Shown one piece after another: positions 1 to 10,919 of a stretch of DNA of 32,000 nucleotides. Position numbers and translations under genes: made by a program. The stretch is taken from contig JAGYKL010000009.1 in the NCBI GenBank assembly GCA_018401705.1, positions 69,481 to 101,480 on the forward strand, written 5' to 3'. Source of the stretch: Bacteroidia bacterium. GTDB lineage: Bacteria > Bacteroidota > Bacteroidia > M30B66. Below the pieces are notes generated by a model. It was not told the DNA's origin and did not search any database. It saw nothing but the letters and a program-made list of their open reading frames with translations. Positions within the stretch are counted from its first letter, which is position 1. The number at the start of each line of letters is the position of its first letter.

Positions 1-201
1 GCTCAAGAAATGAAATTAAATAGCTCTTTAATTTCCCCCCTAGAATTAATAAATGAACCGGGCGGTGTAATTCGTCCATTAAACACAACATTAAATACAC
101 AAAAAGCACAAATGTTAGGACTTAAATTCCCATCCATGGATGAAAACATCAAACAGCTGTGCTACAATTTCAAATCATTTATTCAAAAGCATGGAATTTA
201 A
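1..201 (+). CDS. 3' end of a gene entering from the left edge; C-terminus resembles RmlD-type (dTDP-4-dehydrorhamnose reductase family) SDR sugar-nucleotide reductases
   Basis: Frame 1 is open from base 1 to TAA at 199-201. The tail GGVIRPLNTTLNTQKAQMLGLKFPSMDENIKQL fits the RPxNSxLxxxK...W...L C-terminal pattern of RmlD-like reductases. It overlaps the next start (ATG 191) by 11 nt. Confidence 0.45.
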   Translation, partial: AQEMKLNSSLISPLELINEPGGVIRPLNTTLNTQKAQMLGLKFPSMDENIKQLCYNFKSFIQKHGI

Positions 202-1264
202 AATAGGAAATCGTTTAGTAGGTGAAAATCACGCCCCGTATTTCATTGCTGATGTTGGCGCTAATCACGATGGAGACTTATCCAGAGCATTTCGTTTAAT
301 TGAGCTTGCAAAGGAAGCTGGTGCAGATGCAGTGAAGTTTCAAAATTTTCAAGCTTCAAAAATCGTAAGCAAGTTTGGATTCGAGAATTTAGGCGGTGCT
401 AAAGACCATCAGGCGAACTGGAAAAAGAGTGTTTTTGAGACTTATGAAGATGCAAGTATTAGCATGGACTGGACTGTTTTATTAAAACAGAAGTGTGATG
501 AAGCTGGAATAACTTATTTCACAAGCCCATACGATTTTGCATCTATTGATCACATTGACCCATTTGTAGAACTGTATAAAATAGGTTCTGGAGATATTAC
601 TTGGACCGAAATTATCGATTATATAGGGTCAAAAGGCAAACCTGTATTATTGGCAACGGGAGCCGCTTCATCTGAGGATGTTCATAGAGCAATGAACATT
701 TTGCAAAAACACACTGATAACATTTGTCTGATGCAGTGCAATACTAACTATACGACCAATAAAGAAAAATACAAGTATGTCAATTTGAATGTATTAAAGA
801 GATACCAACAGGAGTTTCCGGGTGTAGTGCTCGGGCTCTCAGATCACACTCTTGGTATTGCAACGGTTGTGGGAGCTGTCTCACTAGGAGCTCGTATATT
901 TGAGAAACATTTCACCGACGATAATAATCGCATTGGGCCAGATCATTCGTTTGCAATGAATCCTGAAAATTGGAGACAAATGGTTGATAACGCTAACGAA
1001 GTTTATCAAGCTCTTGGAGATGGGATTAAGCGAATAGAGGAAAATGAGAAAGATGCTGTTATTGTTCAACAAAGATCACTTAGAGCAGCGGTAGATCTTC
1101 CTATTGGAAAGGTCATCTTAGCTGAAGACCTAGAAGCACTTCGTCCGATACCAAAAGACGGTATCCAACCATACAAATTAGACGAGATCGTTGGGTCAAC
1201 CTTAATTAAACCATTAGTAAAGGGGGAACACATTACATATTCACATTTTAATACGAAAAAATGA
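191..1264 (+). CDS. NeuB-family nonulosonic acid synthase (PseI/LegI/NeuB type)
   Basis: ORF 140-1264; the likely true start is ATG 191 (MEFKIGNR...). N-terminal IGxxHAPYFIADVGANHDGDLxxAxxLIxxAKEAGADAVKFQ and internal LSDHTLG are hallmarks of NeuB-type synthases, and a SAF-like C-terminal domain is present. Sequence alone does not resolve PseI, LegI or NeuB. Confidence 0.85.
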   Translation: MEFKIGNRLVGENHAPYFIADVGANHDGDLSRAFRLIELAKEAGADAVKFQNFQASKIVSKFGFENLGGAKDHQANWKKSVFETYEDASISMDWTVLLKQKCDEAGITYFTSPYDFASIDHIDPFVELYKIGSGDITWTEIIDYIGSKGKPVLLATGAASSEDVHRAMNILQKHTDNICLMQCNTNYTTNKEKYKYVNLNVLKRYQQEFPGVVLGLSDHTLGIATVVGAVSLGARIFEKHFTDDNNRIGPDHSFAMNPENWRQMVDNANEVYQALGDGIKRIEENEKDAVIVQQRSLRAAVDLPIGKVILAEDLEALRPIPKDGIQPYKLDEIVGSTLIKPLVKGEHITYSHFNTKK

Positions 1265-1791
1265 TCAAAGGAAAAAATGTTGGTCTGAGAGCAGTTGAGA
1301 AAGAAGATCTTCAACTATTAAGAGATTGGAGAAACATTGCTCACTTCCGAAAGCATTTCAGGGAGCATAGAGAACTGAATTTGTTTAATCAAGAAAATTG
1401 GTTTCAGAAAGTCTCTGCTAATCCCAATGATTTTATGTTTATAATAGTAAGACTTTCAGACAATAAACCACTTGGAGCATGTGGCTTATTGTACACTAAT
1501 TGGGTAATTCGATCTGCTGACTATTCTTTTTACATAGGTGATGAAGAAGCTTACATTGACGATAAAGGTTACTCGGAAGAAGCATCTCATTTACTAATTG
1601 ATTATGGGTTTAATCAAATAAATCTCAATAAAATTTGGATGGAACTTTATGAATTCGATTCATCCAAAATAAACTTTTTTACAGAAAAATTTAATTTTAA
1701 GAAGGATGGTATCTTAAGACAGAACTGTTTTGAGGGGGGGAAATACCATGATTCTTTGGTAATTTCATTATTAAGGGATGAATACAAATAA
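1261..1791 (+). CDS. GNAT-family N-acetyltransferase (PseH-like candidate)
   Basis: 4-nt ATGA overlap with the synthase gene. 176 aa with an N-terminal V.LR..EKEDL..L..WRN pattern typical of RimL/PseH-type GNATs. The context is a nonulosonate locus. Confidence 0.7.
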   Translation: MIKGKNVGLRAVEKEDLQLLRDWRNIAHFRKHFREHRELNLFNQENWFQKVSANPNDFMFIIVRLSDNKPLGACGLLYTNWVIRSADYSFYIGDEEAYIDDKGYSEEASHLLIDYGFNQINLNKIWMELYEFDSSKINFFTEKFNFKKDGILRQNCFEGGKYHDSLVISLLRDEYK

Positions 1792-1922
1792 TTTAAACTC
1801 TAATTTTAAAAATTAGAAGGAAGGATACTAAGACAATTTAATTGACTGCTAATTTTCTAGCGATTCTCATTAGCAAAGAACTATTGGAAACTTTAGGCAT
1901 AGCTAAAATTGCCACTAATTGC

Positions 1923-2666
1923 TCAATTATCTGATTCTGAATCGAATAAAAACTTAAACTTCTGATAGAAAAATAACACATTCTGCAAGTCCGATCTATT
2001 TGTTTTTGAATAGTCCGGATTAGAATATATTAGTGCTGCTCTCATATAATCTTCCCTAGTGTCTACTGTTACTCTTATGAAAGAATAATCAATTCCATTT
2101 AGAGGTTGAAGGCTATGAGTTTTAAAGTCGTTGCAATGCTTAAATTTGTAGGTAACATGTTCTCTGTCTGCTTCCGACAAATCATCTCTCTCTGACATTT
2201 TCAAAAAAGAATTACCATTGAAAATTTCAATATTCATTCCATAAGGCAAGCCGACAGTATTTGTATAATCAAAATAGCTTTTCAAATGCTTTTCTATAAC
2301 ATCATCAAGAATTGGAATGTCAATAAATGGGTTGTCGGAAGTAATTCTAACAATGCAATCAGGTAGTTCCTTTAATGCAATAGCTCTGAACCTGCTTAAA
2401 ACATCATTTTCGTCGCCAGCAAAATATTCAATGTGAGATTGTTTAAGAAAATCAATTAATTTATCCTGCTCTTTTGTATTTGAAGTAGCAACAATTATTT
2501 TTTCAATATAGTTACTTCGATTTAGCTTCTGAATAATATTCGAGATTATTGGCATACCATGAGCTAAAGGCAATGGAAGCAATACCTTTCCCGGTAATCT
2601 ACTAGAAGTTAATCTTGCCTGAATGATGGCAATTACCTTAGGTTTAGCTAATTGTCCACCCTCCAT
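1923..2666 (-). CDS. SpsF/PseF-like cytidylyltransferase (CMP-nonulosonate synthetase family)
   Basis: N-terminal VIAIIQARLTSSRLPGKVL is the cytidylyltransferase signature shared by SpsF, PseF and NeuA family proteins. It is the last gene of the long minus-strand operon and overlaps the SDR gene by 23 nt. Confidence 0.75.
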   Translation of the reverse strand: MEGGQLAKPKVIAIIQARLTSSRLPGKVLLPLPLAHGMPIISNIIQKLNRSNYIEKIIVATSNTKEQDKLIDFLKQSHIEYFAGDENDVLSRFRAIALKELPDCIVRITSDNPFIDIPILDDVIEKHLKSYFDYTNTVGLPYGMNIEIFNGNSFLKMSERDDLSEADREHVTYKFKHCNDFKTHSLQPLNGIDYSFIRVTVDTREDYMRAALIYSNPDYSKTNRSDLQNVLFFYQKFKFLFDSESDN

Positions 2667-3426
2667 CTACAGCAAAATTTTGTCCGGTTATATACGCTGA
2701 AAAGTCTGACGCTAGAAATGCACATATTCCTTCAAGATCTTCAGGCCTTCCAATTCTTCTTAATGCAGTTTTATTTTCAAGATGCTTAATAAATTCTGCA
2801 TTTTCCTGAACTTTAGGATTTGGGAATGGTCCCGGGCTAATGCAATTGACAGTTATACCTTTGGGGCCTAAGTAGTTAGCAAAATACCTAGTTAACTGTT
2901 GAATAGCGGCTTTTGCAGCGCCGTAGTTTGGCGGACTTTGAAATTCCAGACAATTCTCATATATCCTGAAATCTGGAGATATTGTGCCGTACATAGAACT
3001 TATATTTATTATTTTGGCATTTGTGTTTAAATACGGCAGAAGTTCTCTGATACAACGGAATACAGAACCAAGAGCACCTTCAATTCCAATGGAGAAATCT
3101 TGATCAGACATTTTCTCGGGAATTTCACTTTTGCCAAAATATGCATTATTGAATAATGCATCAATTCTATTGAAATTCTTATAAATATTCAAATATGCTA
3201 CCTTAACGGATTCTAAATCAGAAACATCCACATTTTCAAAATAAAGATTTTTATGATTGCTTATTTGGGATTTCAATTCATCGAATTTTTCTTGAGATCG
3301 CCCAAGAACTACTGCAACACCTCCATGATTAAGAATCCCTTTTGTTATAGCTGAGCCTAAATGACCATATCCGCCAGTAATTAATGCTACTTTATCTTCA
3401 AGTCCGATGCGTTTATCTGTTGTCAT
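2644..3426 (-). CDS. short-chain dehydrogenase/reductase (SDR) family oxidoreductase
   Basis: Cofactor motif ITGGYGHLGSA, NNAYFG, and catalytic YGAAKAA (YxxxK). 260 aa. Confidence 0.85.
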   Translation of the reverse strand: MTTDKRIGLEDKVALITGGYGHLGSAITKGILNHGGVAVVLGRSQEKFDELKSQISNHKNLYFENVDVSDLESVKVAYLNIYKNFNRIDALFNNAYFGKSEIPEKMSDQDFSIGIEGALGSVFRCIRELLPYLNTNAKIINISSMYGTISPDFRIYENCLEFQSPPNYGAAKAAIQQLTRYFANYLGPKGITVNCISPGPFPNPKVQENAEFIKHLENKTALRRIGRPEDLEGICAFLASDFSAYITGQNFAVDGGWTIS

Positions 3427-4280
3427 TTTATTTTATGCCAATTATAAGGAAGTACTATTTCACTGTCAAAATTAGGTAAAGCAAGTTGGCTATTTACCTG
3501 TGGATTAAAAGTCATTAATGAGTCTATATTGTTTTGCAATTCTTTTGCAGACTGAACACCAATAACTACTTTATCTATAAATGGATTTTTTAAGCAGAAT
3601 TCCAATAAAAAAGCTGCGCGTTCAGATTTATTTGGATAAAGAAACTGAATCTCTTTTAAAATACTTTTTATTGGCAAGAAATAGTCGGGGATTTCTTCTT
3701 TAAAGAATAAACCTTGAAGGAAAGCAGATCGTGTATGAATTTCGCAGTTATGCGTTTTTAAGGTTTCGAAATACTGTTCAAAACGACGATCTAAGAAATT
3801 ATACTGAACTTGAACAAGATCTGGGATACAGCCCAAATCAAGGAGTTTTTCGAGTTGTTCAGTTTTATAGATTGAAAAACCAATTCGACTTATTAGCCCT
3901 TGATCTTTAAGCGATTTCAATTGTCTCCAATAATTTGGGCTCTCAATTAGAGTATCTGCTGAATGAGCTATATAGCCATACAGTTTTTTTAAATGCAGAT
4001 TCTTAATACTTGCATGAAATTCGTCTTCAATTGAACTTTCACCAATTATGGAAGGAAATTTTGAAACAACCTGCCAATTGTTCAAATTCAATTGACCAAG
4101 AACAGCCTCCGAATTGCCATAAGATCGGGCTGTATCGACAGTTACAATATTATTAAAAAAAGCAACATCGATAATCTGTTTAACTTCTTCAAATTGAACT
4201 ACTCCATCTGTATTATTAATCCCATAATCCAATCCAAATTGCACACTACCGAGAGCCAGTTTGGACAGATTTAATTTCAT
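3423..4280 (-). CDS. aldo/keto reductase family oxidoreductase
   Basis: 285 aa. The LGSVQFGLDYG N-terminus and overall layout are typical of AKR TIM-barrel proteins. 4-nt overlap with the downstream SDR gene. Confidence 0.6.
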   Translation of the reverse strand: MKLNLSKLALGSVQFGLDYGINNTDGVVQFEEVKQIIDVAFFNNIVTVDTARSYGNSEAVLGQLNLNNWQVVSKFPSIIGESSIEDEFHASIKNLHLKKLYGYIAHSADTLIESPNYWRQLKSLKDQGLISRIGFSIYKTEQLEKLLDLGCIPDLVQVQYNFLDRRFEQYFETLKTHNCEIHTRSAFLQGLFFKEEIPDYFLPIKSILKEIQFLYPNKSERAAFLLEFCLKNPFIDKVVIGVQSAKELQNNIDSLMTFNPQVNSQLALPNFDSEIVLPYNWHKIK

Positions 4281-4323
4281 TTCCTTGCAGGGTGATGGGT
4301 TTAATTAATATGTGACTCTCAAA

Positions 4324-5316
4324 TTAATGCTTATTGAAAATAAGTGATGCAAGCTCAGCTACTCCTAGCCACTGATCATTCGTTCCCGAATTGTAGCAAA
4401 AACCAGGTTCTACCATCTTCCCACCTTTATCTTCATAATACTTTTGGATTCTGGGGTTGCCTTGTGGCAGAATAGCGTAATAACGATCCAAATCAATGGT
4501 ATTGTAAGAATCTGAGCTCGTAATCATTTCTTCATGCATTTTCTCTCCAGGACGAATACCTACAACTTCGGTTCTAATTCCGGGAGCTACGGCTTCGGCA
4601 ACATCAGTAATTTTATAAGAAGGAATCTTAGGGACAAAAATTTCTCCTCCTATTGCATGTTCAACAGCAAAAAGAACCATTTCAACACCTTCTTCAAGCG
4701 AGATATTAAAACGGGTCATACCTGGATCTGTGATAGGTAGCACACCTTCATCTTTTTTCTTCAAGAAGAATGGTATCACAGAGCCTCGGCTCCCCATCAC
4801 GTTACCATAACGGACAACTGAGAATCTAACATCATGTTTACCTTTAACGTTATTTGCTGCCACAAATAATTTATCAGAACAAAGTTTTGTTGCACCGTAA
4901 AGGTTAATAGGAGCTGCAGCTTTATCGGTTGAAAGAGCTACTACAGATTGAACACCGCAATCGAGGCAAGCATCAATAATATTTTGAGCACCCAAAACAT
5001 TCGTTTTTATAAACTCGAATGGGTTGTATTCAGCGGCAGGCACTTGTTTAAGAGCAGCAGCATGTATAACGACATCAATTCCCTCGAAAGCTCTTTTTAA
5101 ACGATCGGCATCTCTGATGTCTCCCAAAAAATAGCGCATGCAAGGATATTTCGAATCAGGAAATTCTTGCTGCATCTCAAATTGTTTCAGCTCATCTCTT
5201 GAAAATACCACAAGACGTTTTACATCCGGGTATCTTTCGAGAATAATTTTCACCAGTTTCTTTCCTAATGATCCGGTACCTCCGGTAATAAGTATTCGTT
5301 TATCGTTTAAAGGCAT
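4324..5316 (-). CDS. pseB: UDP-N-acetylglucosamine 4,6-dehydratase (inverting), PseB/FlaA1 type
   Basis: ILITGGTGSLGKK Rossmann motif, DIRD, YGATKLCSDKLF (YxxxK). Length (330 aa) and full-length pattern match PseB/CapD-like dehydratases. Confidence 0.85.
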   Translation of the reverse strand: MPLNDKRILITGGTGSLGKKLVKIILERYPDVKRLVVFSRDELKQFEMQQEFPDSKYPCMRYFLGDIRDADRLKRAFEGIDVVIHAAALKQVPAAEYNPFEFIKTNVLGAQNIIDACLDCGVQSVVALSTDKAAAPINLYGATKLCSDKLFVAANNVKGKHDVRFSVVRYGNVMGSRGSVIPFFLKKKDEGVLPITDPGMTRFNISLEEGVEMVLFAVEHAIGGEIFVPKIPSYKITDVAEAVAPGIRTEVVGIRPGEKMHEEMITSSDSYNTIDLDRYYAILPQGNPRIQKYYEDKGGKMVEPGFCYNSGTNDQWLGVAELASLIFNKH

Positions 5317-5330
5317 AATATTCCGAGTAA

Positions 5331-6608
5331 TTATTGTTCAAATTTAAATGGTAGATCAACATAACCAACAAGATATAATGGGTTTACATCAGGTGGCATC
5401 TGAATGACCAATGGAGGTAGCAGATTATCTACTACATCAAAAGCTGTTTCAGTGCGGCTATCGCCAAGCCAATAATAAGTTTCAAATACTCCTGGCCTAA
5501 GAGCAATTGTTGGGAATGAAACTCTGAAATTAATTCTATCTCCAGGCTTCTTACCTGAAATATCAACTTTAATTCGACCTGTTGTTGTTACAATGTCACG
5601 AGTTCTTCCGGAGCGAAACGCAACATTTGTCATAAGTTCTTTTATAGGCTCATTAATAATACAAGTCATATCAAAATGAATATCATTACCTGGCAAAAAC
5701 TCTGTGCATTCGGCTCCTTCGGCATTTACCATACTCACATTTTCAAAACGCACAGCTCCGTTTCCTCTTCTTACACTTGGGTCATTTAATGCATCTTTAT
5801 CGGTAAGATTCACACGCATATTTTGCTGAACATAGTTGCGAATTACATCGTCGGTATTACCGTCCATTATAATTCCGCCTTGCTTCAATAATATTGCTCG
5901 AGAGCATAAATCGGAAACTGCGCCCATGTTGTGACTGACAAATATTACTGTGCGACCTTGGTCTGAAACATCCTTCATTTTTCCAAGGCATTTAGCCTGA
6001 AACTCAGCATCTCCAACAGCTAAAACCTCATCTATGATAAGTATATCAGGGTCAAGATGTGCCGCTACAGCAAAGGCCAAGCGAACATACATGCCTGAAG
6101 AATAACGTTTTACAGGAGTGTCGATGTATCTTTGAACTCCAGCAAATTCAACAATTGCATCAAATTTCTTTCTGATTTCTTCTTTGCGCATTCCCAGAAT
6201 AGCGCCATTAAGAAATATGTTTTCCCTGCCTGTTAGATCAGGATGAAATCCGGTTCCTACCTCAAGTAAACTTGCAACTTTACCTTTAATCTTTATTTCT
6301 CCACTACTAGGCGATGTCGTTCTGGAGAGAACCTTTAGCAAGGTTGACTTCCCTGCCCCATTTCGACCTACTAGTCCTACTATCTCGCCTTGGTTAACTT
6401 GAAAATTGATATCCTTCAGAGCCCAAACATAATTTGAAATTGCAGAAGCAGCTTCTCTATCGTTTGTTGAAGCCAGCTTGATGTTTGGATTCTCCTTCCC
6501 GCGTAAGCGGTAAAAAAAAGCACGAATATCTTCAGTTAATGTAGCAGAACCTACATCTCCAAGTCTAAAGACTTTTGAAATATCTTCTGCTTTAACAACT
6601 ACAGACAT
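5331..6608 (-). CDS. wzt: polysaccharide/O-antigen ABC exporter ATP-binding protein with C-terminal extension (Wzt-like)
   Basis: Walker A GRNGAGKST, ABC signature YSSGMYVRLAFA, Walker B ILIIDEVLAVGD. An extra domain of about 160 aa follows the NBD (about 5334-5816). Confidence 0.85.
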   Translation of the reverse strand: MSVVVKAEDISKVFRLGDVGSATLTEDIRAFFYRLRGKENPNIKLASTNDREAASAISNYVWALKDINFQVNQGEIVGLVGRNGAGKSTLLKVLSRTTSPSSGEIKIKGKVASLLEVGTGFHPDLTGRENIFLNGAILGMRKEEIRKKFDAIVEFAGVQRYIDTPVKRYSSGMYVRLAFAVAAHLDPDILIIDEVLAVGDAEFQAKCLGKMKDVSDQGRTVIFVSHNMGAVSDLCSRAILLKQGGIIMDGNTDDVIRNYVQQNMRVNLTDKDALNDPSVRRGNGAVRFENVSMVNAEGAECTEFLPGNDIHFDMTCIINEPIKELMTNVAFRSGRTRDIVTTTGRIKVDISGKKPGDRINFRVSFPTIALRPGVFETYYWLGDSRTETAFDVVDNLLPPLVIQMPPDVNPLYLVGYVDLPFKFEQ

Positions 6609-6633
6609 ACTCGGATTTTAGAAGATAAATAAA

Positions 6634-7512
6634 TCATACAGTGTCCATGAAGTCTTTTTCGGTTCGATTAAACATAACCAAACCAATTACTAATGCAACA
6701 ATTGCAAATACAGTTGAATAAGCCAAAAGAGGCCAACTAATTTTATCTATACCTAAAAAAATATATCTAAATGCCTCAATGATTGAGGAGAGCGGATTGA
6801 TTTCAAAAATCCAACGATACTTATCAGGAATTATTGATGAAGGATAAATAACGGGAGTTGCATACATTAATAGTTGTACGGCAAATGGAACCATATTACT
6901 CAAATCGCGGTATTTGGTTGTTAGAGAAGAAATTATAATTCCGAATGACAATCCAATCACCATCATTAATAATAGCAGAAATGGCAAAAGCCATAAATAT
7001 TGAAGTTGTGGACTGGCAGGATCTCCCGACCAAACGAAATAAGCTAATGTTATACTGAGTAGGATTAACTGAACGCCAAATTTAATAATAGCTGAAATCA
7101 CAGAAGAAAGAGGCACTATTAAACGAGGAAAGTATACTTTGCCAAAGACTCCAGCATTTGCCCTAAAAGTTGTTGCTGTTCTATTTATACAATCAGCAAA
7201 ATAACCCCAGGCAATTAATCCACTCAAATAAAACAATATGGGATTTATCCCTCCTGTTGACACTTTAGCTATTAGTCCAAATAGAATGAAATAAATGAAG
7301 GTGTTAAGAATGGGAGGTAAAACAAACCAGAAAGCCCCTAAAAGAGTTTGCTTATAAACTGTTACAATATCTCTTCTAACGAGAAGAAGCAGCAAATCAC
7401 GGTAATTCCAAACTTCCTTCAAACGCAAATCAAACCACCCTCTTGATGGTCTGATAATCAAACTCCAATTTTTATCGTTTGTTGTGTTCACTTGCTTGGC
7501 AGACTTGGGCAA
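6634..7512 (-). CDS. wzm: ABC-2 type polysaccharide exporter permease (Wzm-like)
   Basis: Hydrophobic protein with about 6 TM segments. N-terminal LKEVWNYRDLLLLLVRRDI is typical of ABC-2 (Wzm/TagG/KpsM) permeases. It lies immediately upstream of the Wzt-like ATPase. Confidence 0.85.
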   Translation of the reverse strand: MPKSAKQVNTTNDKNWSLIIRPSRGWFDLRLKEVWNYRDLLLLLVRRDIVTVYKQTLLGAFWFVLPPILNTFIYFILFGLIAKVSTGGINPILFYLSGLIAWGYFADCINRTATTFRANAGVFGKVYFPRLIVPLSSVISAIIKFGVQLILLSITLAYFVWSGDPASPQLQYLWLLPFLLLLMMVIGLSFGIIISSLTTKYRDLSNMVPFAVQLLMYATPVIYPSSIIPDKYRWIFEINPLSSIIEAFRYIFLGIDKISWPLLAYSTVFAIVALVIGLVMFNRTEKDFMDTV

Positions 7513-7562
7513 AACTAATTTTTTTTATGATAAGTCTATGTAATTGAAAATGATGTGCTTAA

Positions 7563-8447
7563 TTAAAACTGAGTCTTCACTTCCTGATATGTTCGTCTTA
7601 TTCCTTCCTCGAGATTTATAGCTGGATTCCAGCCAAAAGACCTCAGGCGACTGCTATCCATTAACTTACGAGGAGTTCCATCGGGTTTTGATGTATCAAA
7701 ACGAAGTTCACCTTCAAAACCAACGACCTTTTTTACAAGCATAGCCAGGTCCTTAATGCTTATATCTGAGCCATAGCCAACGTTAACAAAAAGTTCTTCA
7801 TTGTAATTCTCTAATAGAAATACACACGCATCAGCTAAATCATCTACGTGTAGAAACTCTCTTAGAGGAGCACCTGTTCCCCATATTTCAACTTCAGAAG
7901 CTCCAGCAATCTTGGCTTCGTGCATTTTACGAATCAAAGCAGGCAGTACATGCGAATTCTTTAAATCGTAATTGTCGTTTGGCCCGTAAAGGTTTGTTGG
8001 CATGGCAGAAATGAAATTACATCCGTATTGCCTTCTAAAACTTTCGCACATCTTGATGCCAGCAATCTTAGCAATTGCGTATGGTTCATTAGTTTGCTCA
8101 AGTAAACCGGTCAACAAACTTTCTTCTTTCAACGGTTGTTCGGCCATTTTGGGATAAATGCACGAAGAGCCCAGAAATAATAATTTCTTCACATTTGTCC
8201 TCCAGGCACTGTGGATGATATGATTTTGAATAGCCAGATTATCGTACAGAAAATCAGCACGATAAATATTATTGGCTAAAATCCCACCAACTTTGGCAGC
8301 TGCTAAAACAACCACATCAGGCTTTTCTGTTTCGAAAAAAGCTTCGACATCCGCCTGACGGCGTAAATCTAATTCGGCAGAGCTTCGTCCAATCAAATTG
8401 GAATAACCTTTTGCTTCCAAAGCTCTCCAAATAGCCGAACCTACCAT
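7563..8447 (-). CDS. fcl: GDP-L-fucose synthase (GDP-4-keto-6-deoxymannose 3,5-epimerase/4-reductase)
   Basis: Near full-length match to the Fcl/WcaG pattern ([35 protein letters not shown]). Homology continues upstream of the first ATG (KIYIAGHRG, to about 8480) with no ATG, GTG or TTG before the in-frame TAA at 8490-8492, so the annotated start is doubtful. Confidence 0.85.
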   Translation of the reverse strand: MVGSAIWRALEAKGYSNLIGRSSAELDLRRQADVEAFFETEKPDVVVLAAAKVGGILANNIYRADFLYDNLAIQNHIIHSAWRTNVKKLLFLGSSCIYPKMAEQPLKEESLLTGLLEQTNEPYAIAKIAGIKMCESFRRQYGCNFISAMPTNLYGPNDNYDLKNSHVLPALIRKMHEAKIAGASEVEIWGTGAPLREFLHVDDLADACVFLLENYNEELFVNVGYGSDISIKDLAMLVKKVVGFEGELRFDTSKPDGTPRKLMDSSRLRSFGWNPAINLEEGIRRTYQEVKTQF

Positions 8448-8489
8448 CCCGCGGTGTCCCGCGATATAAATCTTATCGTGCTTTTCCCC

Positions 8490-9789
<1,300 letters not shown>

Positions 9790-10130
9790 CTATGTATTTT
9801 AAACGACTATACATGTTTAAAAACGACTTATGTCAATCCAAACTCTTAAATTGTTCCCGGGTAGGGGCTTTTGGGTTTATCCCTCAACTATTTCAGAGAA
9901 TCAGTCAAGCCAATTATTCCAAAATCACTTAATATTTATTCACACAAAATGTTAATTACCTAAAACCTTAACAAGCTTATACGTTTAAGACGGTTAAAAA
10001 TGGCTTATCTCAAACCTAATACCTTTTCACTATTCCTTTACCTACCACGCTATCTTTATTAACTTGGTTGGCTATCAGGTTCTAGACAAACGTAGAAACC
10101 GCCAGTTTTTCCTTTAGTAATTTTTCACTT

Positions 10131-10850
10131 AGTTTGTCGAATAAAGTCCCCTTCGGCAAGCTCGAGACATTCTTAAGGGAGCTAAAAGCCTTGTGAAGCA
10201 GGACATTGGCTTAAGGCGGAGCTTATCGAGTAAAGTCCGCGGAGCTTGTCGAGTAAAGTCCTGCTGAGCTTGTCGAGTAAAGTCCTGCTGAGCTTGTCGA
10301 AGCAGGACATTGGCTTAAGGCGGAGCTTATCGAGTAAAGTCCTGCTGAGCTTGTCGAGTAAAGTCCTGCTGAGCTTGTCGAGTAAAGTCCTGCTGAGCTT
10401 GTCGAAGCAGGACATTGGCTTAAGTCGGAGCTTATCGAGTAAAGTCCTGCTGAGTGAAGCAGGACATTGTCGAGTAAAGTCCTTTGTCGAAGCAGGGACA
10501 TTGGCTTAAGGCGGAGCTTGTCAAGTAAAGTCCTGGCGTCGAGTAAAGTCCTGAGTTGAGTCCTGAGTTGTCGAAGCAGGACATTGGCTTAAGTCGGAGC
10601 TTATCGAGTAAAGTCCTGCTGAGCTTGTCGAAGCAGGACATTGGCTTAAGTCGGAGCTTGTCAAGTAAAGTCCTGCTGAGCTTGTCGAAGCAGGATTAAG
10701 GCGGAGTAAAAGTCCTGCTGAGCTTGTCGAAGCAGGACATTGGCTTAAGGCGGAGCTTGTCAAGTAAAGTCCTGCTGAGCTTGTCGAAGCAGGACATTGG
10801 CTCAAAACGGAGTGTCAGGACTTGGCTTACGGCAGAGCTTGTCAAAGCAG
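10131..10850. repeat. higher-order tandem hairpin-repeat array (24-nt and 33-nt units, 105-bp superunit)
   Basis: Unit A is GAGCTT(G/A)TCGAGTAAAGTCCTGCT. Unit B is GAGCTTGTCGAAGCAGGACATTGGCTTAAG(G/T)CG. Superunits A-A-A-B lie at 10219-10322 and 10323-10427, followed by decayed copies. The hairpin GTCCTGCT-GAGCTTGTCGA-AGCAGGAC occurs at 10282-10308, 10387-10413, 10613-10639, 10712-10738 and 10769-10795. Confidence 0.9.
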
Positions 10851-10919
10851 TTTTATCACCTCAACTTATAACTTTGCAGCAGATTAAAGGGTTAATTTCT
10901 AAAAAGAACAAATTAACAC

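Noticed and set aside
140-190. N-terminal extensions suggested by the longest-ORF track (NeuB 140, rhomboid 14505, lipoprotein 17769, hemH 18895, hypothetical 23366, tdk 23278, gldA-like 26602, hypothetical 28973)
   Set aside because: The extensions overlap neighbouring genes or a terminator and lack homology to the family N-termini. Internal ATG or GTG codons give canonical N-termini.
1801-1875. AT-only hairpins (CTAATTT-TAA-AAATTAG; TGCTAAT-15 nt-ATTAGCA) between the convergent GNAT and cytidylyltransferase genes as terminators
   Set aside because: The stems are short and AT-only, the second has a large loop, and neither has a clear U-tract. This is too weak to call.
10131-10850. Possible CRISPR array, given the regularly recurring short palindromic repeats
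   Set aside because: The units abut directly with no unique spacers, the periods are 24, 33 and 105 bp, and no cas genes are in the window. The same applies to the 41-bp array at 13107-13270.
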